Source of the DNA: the human T2T-CHM13v2.0 reference genome, Homo sapiens
Direction: 5' to 3' (one strand)
NCBI RefSeq assembly: GCF_009914755.1
Contig: NC_060940.1
Length of the DNA: 64,000 nt
A model generated the notes under the pieces. The model saw nothing but the letters and a program-made list of their open reading frames with translations. It made no database searches and had not been told where the DNA came from. Below, piece after piece: positions 27,678 to 41,560 of the stretch (positions are counted from its first letter, which is position 1; every line of letters begins with the position of its first letter). Made by a program: the position numbers and the translations under genes.

Positions 27678-28564
27678 TGCAGTATACAAAACAGAGGGGA
27701 CGTGTTATAAGGCAGAGAGGTATGAGAGAAACAGAACATTCAGAAACTGTCCTTCTTAATATTTTTGCCATATTTGATTTGGATCTTTTTTTTTAGGAAA
27801 AAGCTGCTGATGGCTACAAATGTGTCTGTTATGTTATTCTCTATACTTGTTATTTTAAAAATATTTTATAAAAATTTGTGAGTGAATAAATGAGAGGGGA
27901 GAAAGGAAGGCAATGAGTATGAATCATCATTCTGATTTTAAGCATAATAAAAGCAGGAGGTGACTTCCACAGTCAAATACATTTGGGAAATAATAGAAAA
28001 TTAAATAGTGTTCATTATTGTGAGAATTCCCAGAACCCTTAATATTCCCATGTTGATTGTTACTGTCCAAGATGGGGCCACTGTCTAGCGCACTTCCTAG
28101 GATAGATTTGTCCATAGGCCCCTCTTTTATGTAACCATCTGCCGAACTGAGGCCTTGGAAAGGCTTGATGTAGACCGCTCTTTCAGAAAACTTGACCGAG
28201 AAGGGAAGTACGCTTCTAGGGTAGCATCAGAGCAGAACATGGGGAAAGGGAGACATTTCACAAGAAGGGAGAGTCAAGATCATGTGTATTTATTTGCCAA
28301 GGGCAAAAAGCAGTAGTGAGGAAAAGCAAACAAAAACCAGTTGAAGACACAGCAACAGAGGAGAATGATTGACAAAGTAAGCAAGGTGCTTGAGGTTACA
28401 AAAGGGATCAGCTATTAAAGGACTTCTGCTAGTGTCTACTTGTCATCTTCAAGATGGCACAATTTTTACAGTACCATGTATCTGTGTTGCAGGAGAAGGT
28501 AGGCCTCTCAATCAGAGACTTAGCCTATAAACCAGCATCTACATAGTGAATCTAGGTATCCCTC

Positions 28565-29040
28565 AGTGTTCTTCTATTTATAAGGAACAGAAAACCCAAC
28601 TTAAATTGACTTACGTAAAAAGAGTTTGTTGGTTGGTGTAATTGAAAAGTACATGGTTAACTAGCTTCAGGCATAGCTTGATCCAGGTATTAACTATGTC
28701 ACCAAGATCCATCTCACTGCTCATAAGCCCTCTCAGTTGGCTCTATTCTTATGTTCCTCATGGCTCCTGGAAACTTTAGCCTCTTTCCTTCTGGTTGCAG
28801 GATGGTTGTAGCTCCATAGACATCACATCTGCCCTCACACTGCAACTCCTATGAAGAGGAAACACCTTATTTCTCAGGAGCCCCACCCTCTTACTATTAG
28901 TCTGATTGAATTATATGTCCATCCTTGAACCAATTCTTATGACCAGGAATAAGGCATAGTCCCCATGTATGTAACTTCTTTCTCCTGAGTTGTACAAATT
29001 ATCAAAGGAAAACCAAGAGGATTATATCTCAAGAGTGGAT
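28565..29040 (-). mobile_element. MLT1-type solo LTR, old
   Basis: AACAGAAAACCCAACTTAAATTGACTTA...GCTTCAGGCATAGCTTGATCCAGG. Confidence 0.65.
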
Positions 29041-30959
29041 TATGTTAAGAAAGTAACCCTTTCCCTCCAAAAAAGGAAACTTCCATAACAGAACCCTTAG
29101 ATTTTTACCCAGTGTGATTTTAAACTCTAAATGCTGGAATGTTTAGGGTCCCAGGTCTGACAGCATGAATTAGATCCCTCCATGTGGAGCACCCAAGTAA
29201 GTGAAGGGTGTTGACAGCCATCATGGGGAATGCTGATGCTTACTGAAGAAGTCATGCAATAAATCCTCTTTAGAAATAAACAAAAAGCAGCTTTTGAGAA
29301 CTCGGCTTTTACCCAAGACCAAAACCTGTCAGCCACAGGCAGAAGTCATTAGGCAGGATTTATATGTGCTGGTATCCAACACTGAGTCAAAAGGAGATCC
29401 GTAGAGGGGATTTCCCTCTTCCGGAAACCCAGCAGAGGAACGGGGAAGACTTTCCGGGTAAAGTTTCAGAGAACCTAATGCATAAATCCCCTTAACAAAC
29501 ACTGGGATTTGGGTTTGTAACTCATCTCTCCCAGCTTAGGTCCTGTGGAGACAAGCTGTCATAGGGCTGACACAACCAAATCAAGAAAGGAAAGAGTAGA
29601 ATTTATAGTGAAAATCAGGAAGCTACTTAAAATGGTGGGTTTCTCAGAATGTGGTACTGCACATTTTTTGCTTGGTAGTCCCTGAACAGTTATTAAAGAC
29701 CCCATGGAAGCAGATGGATGCTGGCCAGTAGGCATTGTCCCCTTTTATATTTATAACTTCACTGACCTTCATTTTACCTCTAATAGAGATTGTACCATTA
29801 ATTGGCTGGATTCTCCCAAGCTCTGTGGCAAGTAAGAATGGAAAAGTGGATTTTCTCCGTACTCCATTGCAGAGGATATCATTAATTTGCTAGGTTTCGT
29901 TCCCACAGGGAAATGTTAAAAACCAGTACAGTTGGTTCTTCGCCACTCTGGATTGACAGACATTCTTTGTGTAGGTGCCTCTGGCTTTGAGAAACGAGGC
30001 CAGAGTCTATATGCAGACAGTGAGCAGTGATCTTCCGTTTCCTACTTGTTGCAGTAGACATAAAATCAGGGCAAATGGTGAGTTCCAGAGGAAAGGATCC
30101 AGCATGCAGCCTGCTGAATAAGAGAACAGGAATGATCTCGAATGATGATAAATGTTTATACTCTATTAGAGCTTTGGCCATGGGTTTGGCCACCATTCAA
30201 TTGCCTCTACAGCTGATTTTTTATGTGGCTTTTCTTTTCTTTCTCCTGTTTGGTTGCAAACTTATTTTGACTGAGGATTTACTTGTCACCTCATGTTGAC
30301 ATTTCAAGTTACTGCATTGAGAAAAACATAGGAGAAAGCAAACAAGCAAGTATATTCCAACGGTCAACAGGCACAGAAGTCATACTCACATTTCAAAGAA
30401 AAACAGGAGAGTTGAAATAGAGAATGGAGAACAGATGTATTTATGAGGGGGGAAATCTTCTTGGCATTTGAGCTCAAGTCAGATTCTGGATTCTGGATAG
30501 TTTTCTCAGCTAATGGTGATTCCTAGGACTGCTAAGCGGGGGACATTCTGGTCTAACCGAAGTTGCCATGTAATTCTGTGGAATCATACTAACATTTTGA
30601 TTTCTCTGATTATAAGTGACTGCAGCAACAAAGAGAGTAACTCTGTTGTAAGAACTGTTTCCACAGTGTCTCTAGGGACAGTTTTGCTTTAGTCTGTAAA
30701 TTCTCCAAAGGCAAGCTGAGACTATGTAAATTAAAGAAATAGAGCCAGTGACAACCAACCCTGTGGTTTTATTTGATTTTCCAAAACACATGTCCATCGG
30801 TATGTCTCAGACAACACGATATGATTAAAGCACGGTAATAATCACCCATATATTGCATTTTAATTGGTATAATGTATGATGAATAGTGAAGTTGGAACCA
30901 TGGGGCATACTTTCACATTTAAGGTATTTCTTTGATTTATCAGAATTTCTAAGAACATA

Positions 30960-31110
30960 AAATAGAAGTCAGAAAGTCTGTTTTCTGAGCTGGGACCTGC
31001 CATTCATCACCTGTGTGATCTTGGGTATGTTACTTTATTTCTCTGGGCCCCATTTTCCCCAGCTATAAAATGAGGGGTTTAAACTAGATGAGCTCTAAAG
31101 AGCTTTTTAC
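30960..31110 (+). mobile_element. MIR/MIR3 fragment
   Basis: CTGTGTGATCTTGGGTATGTTACTT...CTATAAAATGAGGGG...ACTAGATG. Confidence 0.75.
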
Positions 31111-32264
31111 TTCGGAGTTTGGCTATTCCAAGACCTTTTCTAGTCTTGTGAATTTAATTACTGAATTCTGGGATCTTAAGTCTCTTTATCAGTTGAGTCT
31201 CCTCCTTTGTGGTCTTACAGCAAAGATGACTGTTGGCCAAACTTTGGATTTCTGAGACTGATTTCAGTGAATTGCATTATACATATTTTTAACTAGCTTA
31301 TATTAAATGAGAGAAAGTGCAAGGAAGGAATTGCAACCACAATTTAAATAGTTTTTTCCGTGCCATTCTATTCCGTGAGCACCTGCCTTGGAGTAGGTGT
31401 GAAACGGGAGTCAGGAAGTCTGTGCATGCCTCTCAGAGGGTGGTATCTTCGTCTTCTGAGTATGATTCCGTACCATGAATATGTTGGTTGTGGATTTTTC
31501 TTTTCTGTACAACATGAGGCCCCTAAACATAAGGAAACTACTTCCTTTGGTGCTTAACCTAAGAAGCATCTATTCTAATGATGGAGGAAAACCTAGCTGT
31601 ATTACACATACTGAAAGTGATATAGTGGGTTACAAAGTGACAGGTAAATATTTGTGTTCCATTTAAGTGGTTTGTGAGTATAATTTTGATTTTTCCTAAC
31701 TGTTGCTTTCTCTAATGATTTTAGAACCGGATAACCCCTCCCCTTTCCCCTACTCTCCAAGCATAGGATAGAGCTCATCTATAAAATTCATTGGATTTTG
31801 TGTTTTTGCTCTTCTAGTTGGTCTCTGAAATGGTCAGAATGGAGTTGGAAATGGGACAGCCTATTAGTCCAATCTACTTCTAAGGCTCCTGAACAGCCTC
31901 ACAAGACTCCATGCATCCCAGCATCCCTTGGGACCTGGGTGATTAGTTTGTGATCAACAGATTGTACTCTCAGAAAACGTGCAAGCCACCAGCCTCTCGT
32001 TCAAACTGTTTATAGGCCCCAGAAGGGGCTTCCTTTGGGCCAGATGATTAGTCACATTTTGTTTCAAACACCCGAGGAAAGGTACAGCAGCTTTCTACTT
32101 GAATGCATGCTTTTACCACCTAAAGGCAATTGGTTGGGAGAAGATTTGGGAGAAGACATTGACAGTGTCCAGCAGTCCTTTTATCTGTTATAAAGCTAAA
32201 TGCATGTTTATCAAGTTTTCAGCAAAGATATATGTTCCACTTTAGCCTCCTTATTCTTATTTTC

Positions 32265-32398
32265 CACTTAGAGGTAGAGACTGGGTCTCACCATGTTGCC
32301 CAGGCTGGTCTTCAACTCCTGGGCTCAGGCTCAAGTGATCCTCCGACCTCAGCCTCCTGAAGTGCTGGGATTACAGGCATGAGCCACTGTGTCTGGCC
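32265..32398 (-). mobile_element. Alu left monomer (FLAM-like)
   Basis: Single antisense left arm. Confidence 0.88.
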
Positions 32399-32819
32399 AC
32401 AATACACACGTGACTGTCATTTATAAACTCAAATGACTCAGCTATCAAGATGCCAAATTGGATTTTAGAGAGCCTCCTCCTAGGCACCTGATACTTTCAT
32501 GCTTGGCTTATTGTACGAAGTAACTCCACTTTCTGTTCATCTCAAAAGTGTTGGGAAGTGTTTGCAGGTTACCTTCCTAGCACCTGCCCAACCTTCTAGA
32601 GAAGTGGAGAAACCTGTGAGGAAAGCAGCACAGGCGTTGCCACTTAGGGACAGTTTCATGGAAAGAGATCTCTACTTCTTGATGTCACATTACCCTTTAG
32701 AATTCCAGAATCACTTCAGATCTTCAAAGCTTTTAATAAGCAGCGATGGCCTTTTACAATTATTTTTTAAAGCAGCAATACTTAAAATTTTATTAAGTGC
32801 TGTCGTAGAAACTTGTGTC

Positions 32820-32962
32820 TACAAAAGACAGATAAAAACAAGTGTTGATGAGGATAGAGAAAAATTGGAGCCCTCATACATTACTAGTGAGGATGTAAAA
32901 TAGTGCAGCCACTCTGGAAAATAGTGTAGAAGACCCTTTTTAAAAGTTAAATATAGAATTAC
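32820..32962 (+). mobile_element. L1M fragment
   Basis: ACAAGTGTTGATGAGGATAGAGAAAAATTGGAGCCCTCATACATT...GCAGCCACTCTGGAAAATAG. Confidence 0.8.
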
Positions 32963-33605
32963 CCTAAAAAGCACAGGCTTTTGTTGACTTTCCCTGGGGG
33001 CCAGGTGGGCTCACCTTGGTGCATCCTCCCCTGGGGGGCTCTGGTGTGGGAAGCCAGCTTTCCTACCATTCTGCATGCAGCCTTGTACTGGGTCCTTGGG
33101 GAAAGAGAAAGACTGTGAAATAGATGTTTCCCTTTTCCCAGAAATACCAACCCAAGATCCCCAGCAGTGACCCCTTATGGAATTCTGGGAAGAACTAAAG
33201 AGATAACAGTATTCTTTCCTGCCTTTTATCAACTCTGGATGGCAGGAGGGACTCTGGGGCTTGGGACTGGCTGCCCTCAGGAGTTCATGGCCTAGTACTG
33301 ATGCCAAGGGGCAGAAATTTGTGAGAAAGAAGGCCTCCTCCAGGAGCTGTTGGTATGAGCCCCTAATGGGATCATGATATCCTACATATGCAACTATGGG
33401 AAGAAGAAAGGATCTAGCCAACATCTGTTATTATATTTTAAAAAGTAATTTAATTTGTTTACATTACTTGTCATTATTGTCACCCACTTATATTTGATTA
33501 TTCTTTAAGCACATATAGAAAGATGAGGTTTATGTTGATTTTTCTGGTATTACATTTCCCTAGGCTACATCTCCATATAGAGCTTTCCTTTTTTAAAATC
33601 TGTTC

Positions 33606-33734
33606 TTTATTTTTTATAGAGACAGGGTCTTGCTATGTTGCCCAAGCCAGTCTCAAACTTCTGGCCTCAAGTGATCCTCCAGCCTCAGCCTCCAAAAGCT
33701 CTGGAATTACAGGCAAGAGCCACTGTGCCCAACC
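33606..33734 (-). mobile_element. Alu left monomer (FLAM-like)
   Basis: Single antisense arm; flanking near-duplicate CCATATAGA..TTTC. Confidence 0.88.
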
Positions 33735-34324
33735 TCCCCATATAGAATTTTCTATAGCAATCTTGTCCTAGGAAATATCATAGAAATAGTTTAGGTTTTA
33801 AAAAGAAGGGCTGTATGTCATCTAAACTCTTATTTAACCTATGGTTGACAGCCTTGCTATTAAAAAAAGATCTTAAGTTGTTTTACATTTTATAGTCTTT
33901 TTAAAAAAAGATGATGAGACATCTCTTTAGTGGTTGCCATGTTTAATATTGTTACTTTCTAAGAACAAATATAATTTTTGTGAGAACATTATATTACTCT
34001 GAAACAGAGAACAGTACTCTCTGTCCTTTTAGTCCCTCAATTTTTGATAAGGTAAAATAAGATTATCTTATATGACTAGTGTATACTACCTTATATTTGT
34101 ATGACACTCCATGTTTTTCAATGACTTTCTTCCAGAGGTTTTGTTGAAACACAAAAGGATTTGTACCCAAACTGACTTTACTTTCAATTCTGGATAATAG
34201 ATAATTATTATTGCATTACAACTTTTAAAAATAATTAAGAAATCAGCTTAGAAAATGCTTGATGATTTTTACTTAGCATGGTACGTCTTTAGGGAAAAGA
34301 CCGTATTATGAATTTAGCAAGCAA

Positions 34325-34495
34325 GTTGAGCATGGTGACATCCGCCTGTAATCCCAGCTACTTGAGAGGCGGAGGGGGGAGGATCACTTGGGCCTGGGAG
34401 TTCCAGACTACAGTGAGTTATGAAGGGACCCACTGCACTGCAGCCTGGGCAACAGAGCAAGACCCTGCAAATAAATAAATAAATAAATAAATAAA
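34325..34495 (+). mobile_element. Alu monomer (FRAM/FAM-like) with (TAAA)n tail
   Basis: Single right-arm-type monomer. Confidence 0.85.
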
Positions 34496-34863
34496 TGTTG
34501 TGGTTTTTTTTTAATTTAGCAAGTAAAGTAGCAGAATATCCTATGTTGGATTAGTCAGTGGAAAAAAATATCTTTCAAATCGCATTTGATGTTTGCTCAC
34601 CATTATTATGAACTAAGCTACTCCATGGAACTAGAGCATAGCTGTCAAGTAATTATGAAGCGCCCATGCTAGGGACCGCATGCCATTTAATGAGTTTACA
34701 TCAGTAAAAAGAGAGGACAGATTCAAAAATGGGACATGTCACACATACATATGAGAATTTTCCCATAGGCCAAAGGGCCTCTTTCTTGGTTTTGATATCA
34801 GGCACCAACTCTAATAGGATGAAGCTATCTGTGTAGCTTGATGAAGTAGAAATTCATTGGAGT

Positions 34864-35173
<310 letters not shown>

Positions 35174-35287
35174 TCACTGGAGTACCTTAGCATTATGGGA
35201 TATCTCTAGGCAGCGCCAGGTTTCTTGTCTTCATAGCTAAGATAGATGTTAAAGGAAGGGGAACCTTTTTCTATCCCATTTTTCTAG

Positions 35288-35395
35288 TGGCCTTTATAGG
35301 ACTTGGCTTAATATTTTTATTTTATTTTATATTATTAAATTAATATATTTTTATTTTATAAAATAAAAATATTAAGCCAAGTCCTATGAAGGCCA
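35288..35395. repeat. Inverted repeat, 38-bp arms (37/38 match), 32-nt AT loop
   Basis: TGGCCTTTATAGGACTTGGCTTAATATTTTTATTTTAT (35288-35325) vs ATAAAATAAAAATATTAAGCCAAGTCCTATGAAGGCCA (35358-35395). Confidence 0.95.
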
Positions 35396-35589
35396 GCAGA
35401 TTTTATTTTATATATATAAATTTTTTAAAATATGAAATAAATATATAATACATATATAAATATATTTTTAAAATATGTAATATACATATATGTATGTGTA
35501 CACACAGTGTGTGTACACTTGTTATATTATTACTTATCCTAGTATATTAATGGCTATATAACATAGCTGTGTCCCAAATACATGTAATA

Positions 35590-35715
35590 CATATTACTTT
35601 TCATCTCATTTAAACCTCACGAGAGTTCTTTGGTGAAGATATGATTACCATTTTACAGATGAGAAAACCTGAGAAGAATAGAAGTTAAGTAGCATGCCAA
35701 GCTTACCCAACTAGC
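35590..35715 (-). mobile_element. MIR fragment
   Basis: CCATTTTACAGATGAGAAAACCTGAG...GAAGTTAAGT. Confidence 0.7.
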
Positions 35716-37268
35716 TCTCATTCATTCATTCATGATTCATGAAGTATTTATCAAACAACTACTATATACTGTCATTAAAGATACAAAAAGGATCAAACAT
35801 AATCCTTGCCTTCAAAGAAGCCACAGTCTAAGGTTAACAAATGGACTGGAGCGGAATTTGGTTTTATCATTTCAAAGGCAAAGGAACCCAGATTGGAGAG
35901 TTTTCTGGCAACTGCCTTAGGACTTTTTGGCCAAGATTAATGTAATATATAAAGGTAAGCATCAATGTGTTGGTGGGAAGAAGTATCCTAGAAATGTTTT
36001 TTGTTTTTTACTGTATCTAGGACTCTTATGAACTACTAATTCATTATTAAGTTATTTGATGACACAGATTATTGTTCAAGAATTTCCTCCCAGAGCAATT
36101 GATAAATATCAAATAATTTTTATGATGAGCAGTTCCAGAAAGGGTTAAAGTTAGCTTCTCTGGGACATATGATGGGAAAGTAGCTGAACATGATTTCAAA
36201 GGGATTTTTTAGGAGAAAATTCCAATTAACAGAGAAGTAATTTCCCTTTCTAGCTTACTAAGCCCTATTTCAGACTAATGCAGTTTCAAGATCATCTCCC
36301 TTCTCCCCTTATTTCAACAGATATTTTGAATATGAAAATCTTATGTCAAAACTTAGCTGAAGCCTTCATCAGGCTTTTGAAAGGCTAAGTAAGAATTCTG
36401 TTTCTAGGAATAAAAAGATTTGGATCAGAAAGATTCTTTGCTGGCTAGAGTTCCTTTTCGGATGGTAGTTCAAGCAGTCTTTAATCATATTTTTGTTGAT
36501 TATTTATTAGTTTCCCTGGGAAATCAAAGACTCAGTAACGTAAAATGTGTTTTCCTTAAGATATTTTATGAATCAGAACCCACAGTAAAGAAATAATGGG
36601 AAATACATTTCCTTTGCTGATATGGACTAATTGAGAATTAAAATCCCTTTCTCTAGTCATTATCCCACATGGAAATGCTGAATGACCCAACTGGCCCAAT
36701 TGCACCAACCACAGTTTCTGCCTAGACAAAACTCTTATGCCACTAGTAGATAAAGAGAGAGCTTTCTCAGTAAATCAAAACTGCAGAGAACTAGAACTAA
36801 TTTAAGTGAAAGGATAGGCTCCAAGCCCGCTGTTTGGGTAAACCCACACTGAACCAAGTGAGCGATTGATGAAACTTAATATATGTGTATTCCAGTCATC
36901 AGCCTGGAGTATGTGTAATGCAAGCCCATGGTGTTTGTCACTGTGAGAAATGGAAAGGCAGACCTTCATTCTCAACTGTGTGGGGCTGCTAGCCTGTGGC
37001 AGCTTTGGTCAACATCGGGCTTGCTTTTGGGTGAGCCAGACTTTGGCTGGTTTCCTGATGGAGGTTAGGGGAATTGTGGAATGTGTCTCCTTACACAGAT
37101 CGTCCTGATCAAATGAAATAAAAAGGTATTTTAAAAATAATTTGCTTAGTGAAATACAAAGGAAATAGGATGCATTTCATACTATTAAGGCCGATATGGT
37201 TTTGGGGGATACGAGGTGTACATACGTGAAAAATTTGAAAACAATTCAGAGTGAAAAAGAATGGTCGT

Positions 37269-37403
37269 ATAACCTAATGTAAATGACGAGTTAATGGGTG
37301 CGGCACACCAGCATGGCACATGTATACATATGTAACAAACCTGCACATTGTGTACATGTACCCTAAAACTTAAAGTATAATTTAAAAAATAAAAGAAAAA
37401 ACA
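37269..37403 (+). mobile_element. L1PA 3' end, severely 5'-truncated
   Basis: ACCTAATGTAAATGACGAGTTAATGGGTGCGGCACACCAGCATGGCACATG...CCCTAAAACTTAAAGTATAAT plus A tail; TSD AAAAAGAATGGT(C/T)GT at 37254-37268 and 37404-37418. Confidence 0.93.
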
Positions 37404-37418
37404 AAAAAGAATGGTTGT

Positions 37419-37645
37419 GTAGTAGAGACAGTGGTGAAGAGCAGGACTCTGGAGCCAGGTGTTCTGAGTTCAGAGCCCACTCTTCCACTTACTAGATCTG
37501 AGACCTGGAGGAAGTTATTTGCCCTTTCCCTGTTTGGCTCTTTTGTAAAATGGAAATATAAGAGTACCCACCTCCTAAGGTGGGCTTATGAATTAATAGA
37601 TATAAAGGTATGTAAAATTATTGCTATCATTAGTTACTGTTATTA
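37419..37645 (+). mobile_element. MIR
   Basis: GTGGTGAAGAGCAGGACTCTGGAGCCAG...CCACTTACTAG. Confidence 0.85.
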
Positions 37646-37649
37646 ATAG

Positions 37650-37985
37650 ATCAGAAGTCACAAGCTCCAATGCCTGCAGTGCCCATGCATACCAAAACAG
37701 GGATCACTGGCAACAGAGACATGGCCCCAGTGGCGTGGAGATAAAAGAAAGTGGTAGGGACAGTGGCAGACAGCCATCACCCTACTCCCCATTGATTGTG
37801 ACCCTAAGGGAATGCTGGTCCTGTGTCGCCAGAGCTTCTGGTATTGCCAAAGAAGCTTGAAATCTGGACTTGGTCAAAAAATCTCTCAACTTGTAAAGGT
37901 GGTTGCTTTATTTTAAAATACTCTACAAGCCAAATAAAACATTGTCTCCAGGCTATTGGCCACCAGTGAATGACCTCTTTGGACT
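37650..37985. mobile_element. MER102-like hAT element
   Basis: GGGAATGCTGGTCCTGTGTCGCCAGAGCTTCTGG...GAAGCTTGAAATCTGGAC core. Confidence 0.5.
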
Positions 37986-38838
37986 AACAATTAAACTCAG
38001 CTATGGAAATTCATCTGATTACTTTATTGTCACACTGTGAAACAGGGATTCATTGTCATTCCAGAAACAGCCATTGAGTCCCTGCTTGTGTCCACCCCTG
38101 TGCTGGTGCAAAGGATGTGCCCAAGAATCAGGCAGACAATCCAAAGAAGCCACCTGCTCCTTTACAAGTTGTTGACAATTAAGAAACACCTAGCACTTAA
38201 TAGATTCTCCATAAATGTAGGTTCCAACTCCTTCCATTACCTTTGATAAGTCTAGACCTGATCCAGTGAGTATTTGAGGGCCAATCTCAGTTTCTAAGTA
38301 GGAATAGTGATATTGTTGAAAACTAATGAACCCACCGACAACATCACAGAAATACTCCTATACTTCTTCAATGTGAGTTTCCTGCTTTTTGTGTCATTTA
38401 TCATCCCCTTTTATTTGATGTCTCTACTCAGGACTTAGGACTCGGGCTGTGATATTGTGTATGTTACCTCACAATTTTTTTTCTGTTTTTTTTTTTCTTT
38501 AAGTGTATAAGCTTCGTTTATACTTCCAAAGGATCTTCAATGGAACTCTACTTCTGTGAGCTAAACCAGTGTCATACTGCAATGAAAACTGCAGGTGATA
38601 AACATTGTCTAAATAAAATTTCCAAAAAGTATTTGACCAAGAAATACCTTCCCCCTGCATTCCCCACTTAATGCATCTTAATATGCCAAGTTACTGATAT
38701 TGTTTGACCTATTTGGGGAAATGCTGGCTTGCCAAATTATTGCCCTTGTTAGGAACTACAGTTTCTTGTAATTTCTTACGCACTCCGGCATCCACACAGG
38801 TATCTTCCAAAGCTCAGACTTTATTTTCAAGAGGTCTA

Positions 38839-39276
<438 letters not shown>

Positions 39277-40142
39277 CTAGTAGTGAATGGCCCAAGGAAA
39301 AAAATACTGCAGGAAATATAGTAATAGATGAATTTGGATAAAGGGTATATGAGTGTTTTGGAGTATTATTCTTACAACTTCTCTGCAAGTTTAAAATGAT
39401 AATCTAAATTTTAAAAACTTATTTTCCGTTCATCAAACTACTCTTAAAATGTGTAAAACTATACCTGAATTTAAAAGCAACAAAACTCATATTGCAAGTC
39501 TTGGCAAACTGAGAGATAGGAGCAGAAAACAATGGTGGATGCCTATAAACGGATCAAGAAAAGGGAGTGAGAATTTACTGGAAAGAAGGACAAATGAGCA
39601 TCGAAATCAGCAGGTTTGGGTTTTTCCAGAGATCAGTGCCTGATACTGGTTCCCAGATGATATCTCCCAAGAGCCCGGTTCCCAGGGTGTGTTCCAGCCT
39701 CTGTCCGCCAGGCTTCCCACCAAGTCTTGTGCCAATAGTAGTTGCCAGCACATTCTGCCTCACAAGTTGCTGGCTCCACCACTACTACCCTATCCCACCT
39801 ACGTCCAAGATACGCATCTGGCTTTTCTGCTTTGAATTCAGCAAGTCATCTCCTTTCCTGTCATGTAACTCCCTCTGTGACTCGGCCTACCCAGCCACAC
39901 TCCTCAGTGCTTTGTGGCAAAACTCAACCTGACCCCCCTTCAGAGAAAGAGAAATAAGTGTCGGGGTTGAAGGTTCAGCTGTAAAGTGATGTTTCCCATA
40001 CTCATAAACTTACATAGCAATGAGGAACTGGAGTCTATTTTTGACTGTTGTAGTGACCTTTGTGCATACCCTAAAAGACAGAGGAACATTGAGCTAATGT
40101 AGCCATCCCATGAAGCCTCAGTAGCTCTAATAGGTCCTTTTA

Positions 40143-40492
<350 letters not shown>

Positions 40493-41560
40493 TGCAATTT
40501 CTCCCATCCTAACTCTTCATATTAGTAAATCTTCAATAAAATGTATATGGGAAATCAATATGGCACCCTCAAACCTAGTTGTAATAGTCAGGAGAAGACC
40601 ATTCTAGCCTTTAAAATCAGTCCTGTTAAAAAAAAAAATCAGTCCTATTGACATCAATGTTTTTACCTCCAGTTCCTCTCCACCCTTCTCTACCTCCTGA
40701 TTTCATGTAGGCGAGCAATTTAGGACAATGAGAGTCACAGGATTTTAAATAACTTAATTCCTAGGTGTGTTTGGTACGGAAACAAAGATAACCCTGTTCA
40801 ACAGTGAATTTGTGCCCCTGGGTGAACGGCCAGGTGTTCTTTCAACTGAACTGTGAGACTAATTTCTTCCTGGCCTCTGGAAACCAGCTGAAGCAGTGGG
40901 CCAGCTGGTCTATCTTCAATCTTGCATACCAACATCTTTCTCTGATTCACAGATTTCCTTTATCCCCAGCACTTCCTCTGGTATGTGCATCCCCGAAAGT
41001 AAGTGATATCTATTATTGGATTTGGGCGTTTTAAAATCATTAGCCTTCTGGAGGGGAGGGGAGAGGAAGGAGGCTGGATGGTTACATTAGAATATTTCCA
41101 GAGGGAACCTCACTTTAATCTCATCCACCTCTGACTTCTGCACCCCAGATAACCCCCATATTTGGGAGGGATGACATCACAGTAACTGACAATGGAATTA
41201 TCACCATTGCTCTTTTTAATATTTAAATGATACACAGACTCAGAGAAAACAAAATGAGTTTACATATAGTCATAATATCCATAACTAGAGATATAAAACA
41301 AAAAGCTATGGAGATTCTTATCTAGTGAAGAAATCTCTTTTAGAACGTTTCTGATGACTTTCAGTTGCAAAGCATAGCTCTTTCACAATATATCAACCCA
41401 CTTTCAATGATTTGAGATTTGGAGAGGGCCCAGCCATAGATTTACCTGGTGAGTCACAGAGTAGAACTTGATATGAGAAAGCAGGACCCTATATCTATCA
41501 GCCTAATGGTTCTCAGAATACCAGGTCATATCCATCATTTCTTTTCCCAAATAGCTGTAA

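Noticed and set aside
32499-33424. Longest ORFs in the track (134 and 137 aa)
   Set aside because: The first ends in an L1M fragment; neither has a recognisable domain or exon signals, and the lengths are compatible with chance
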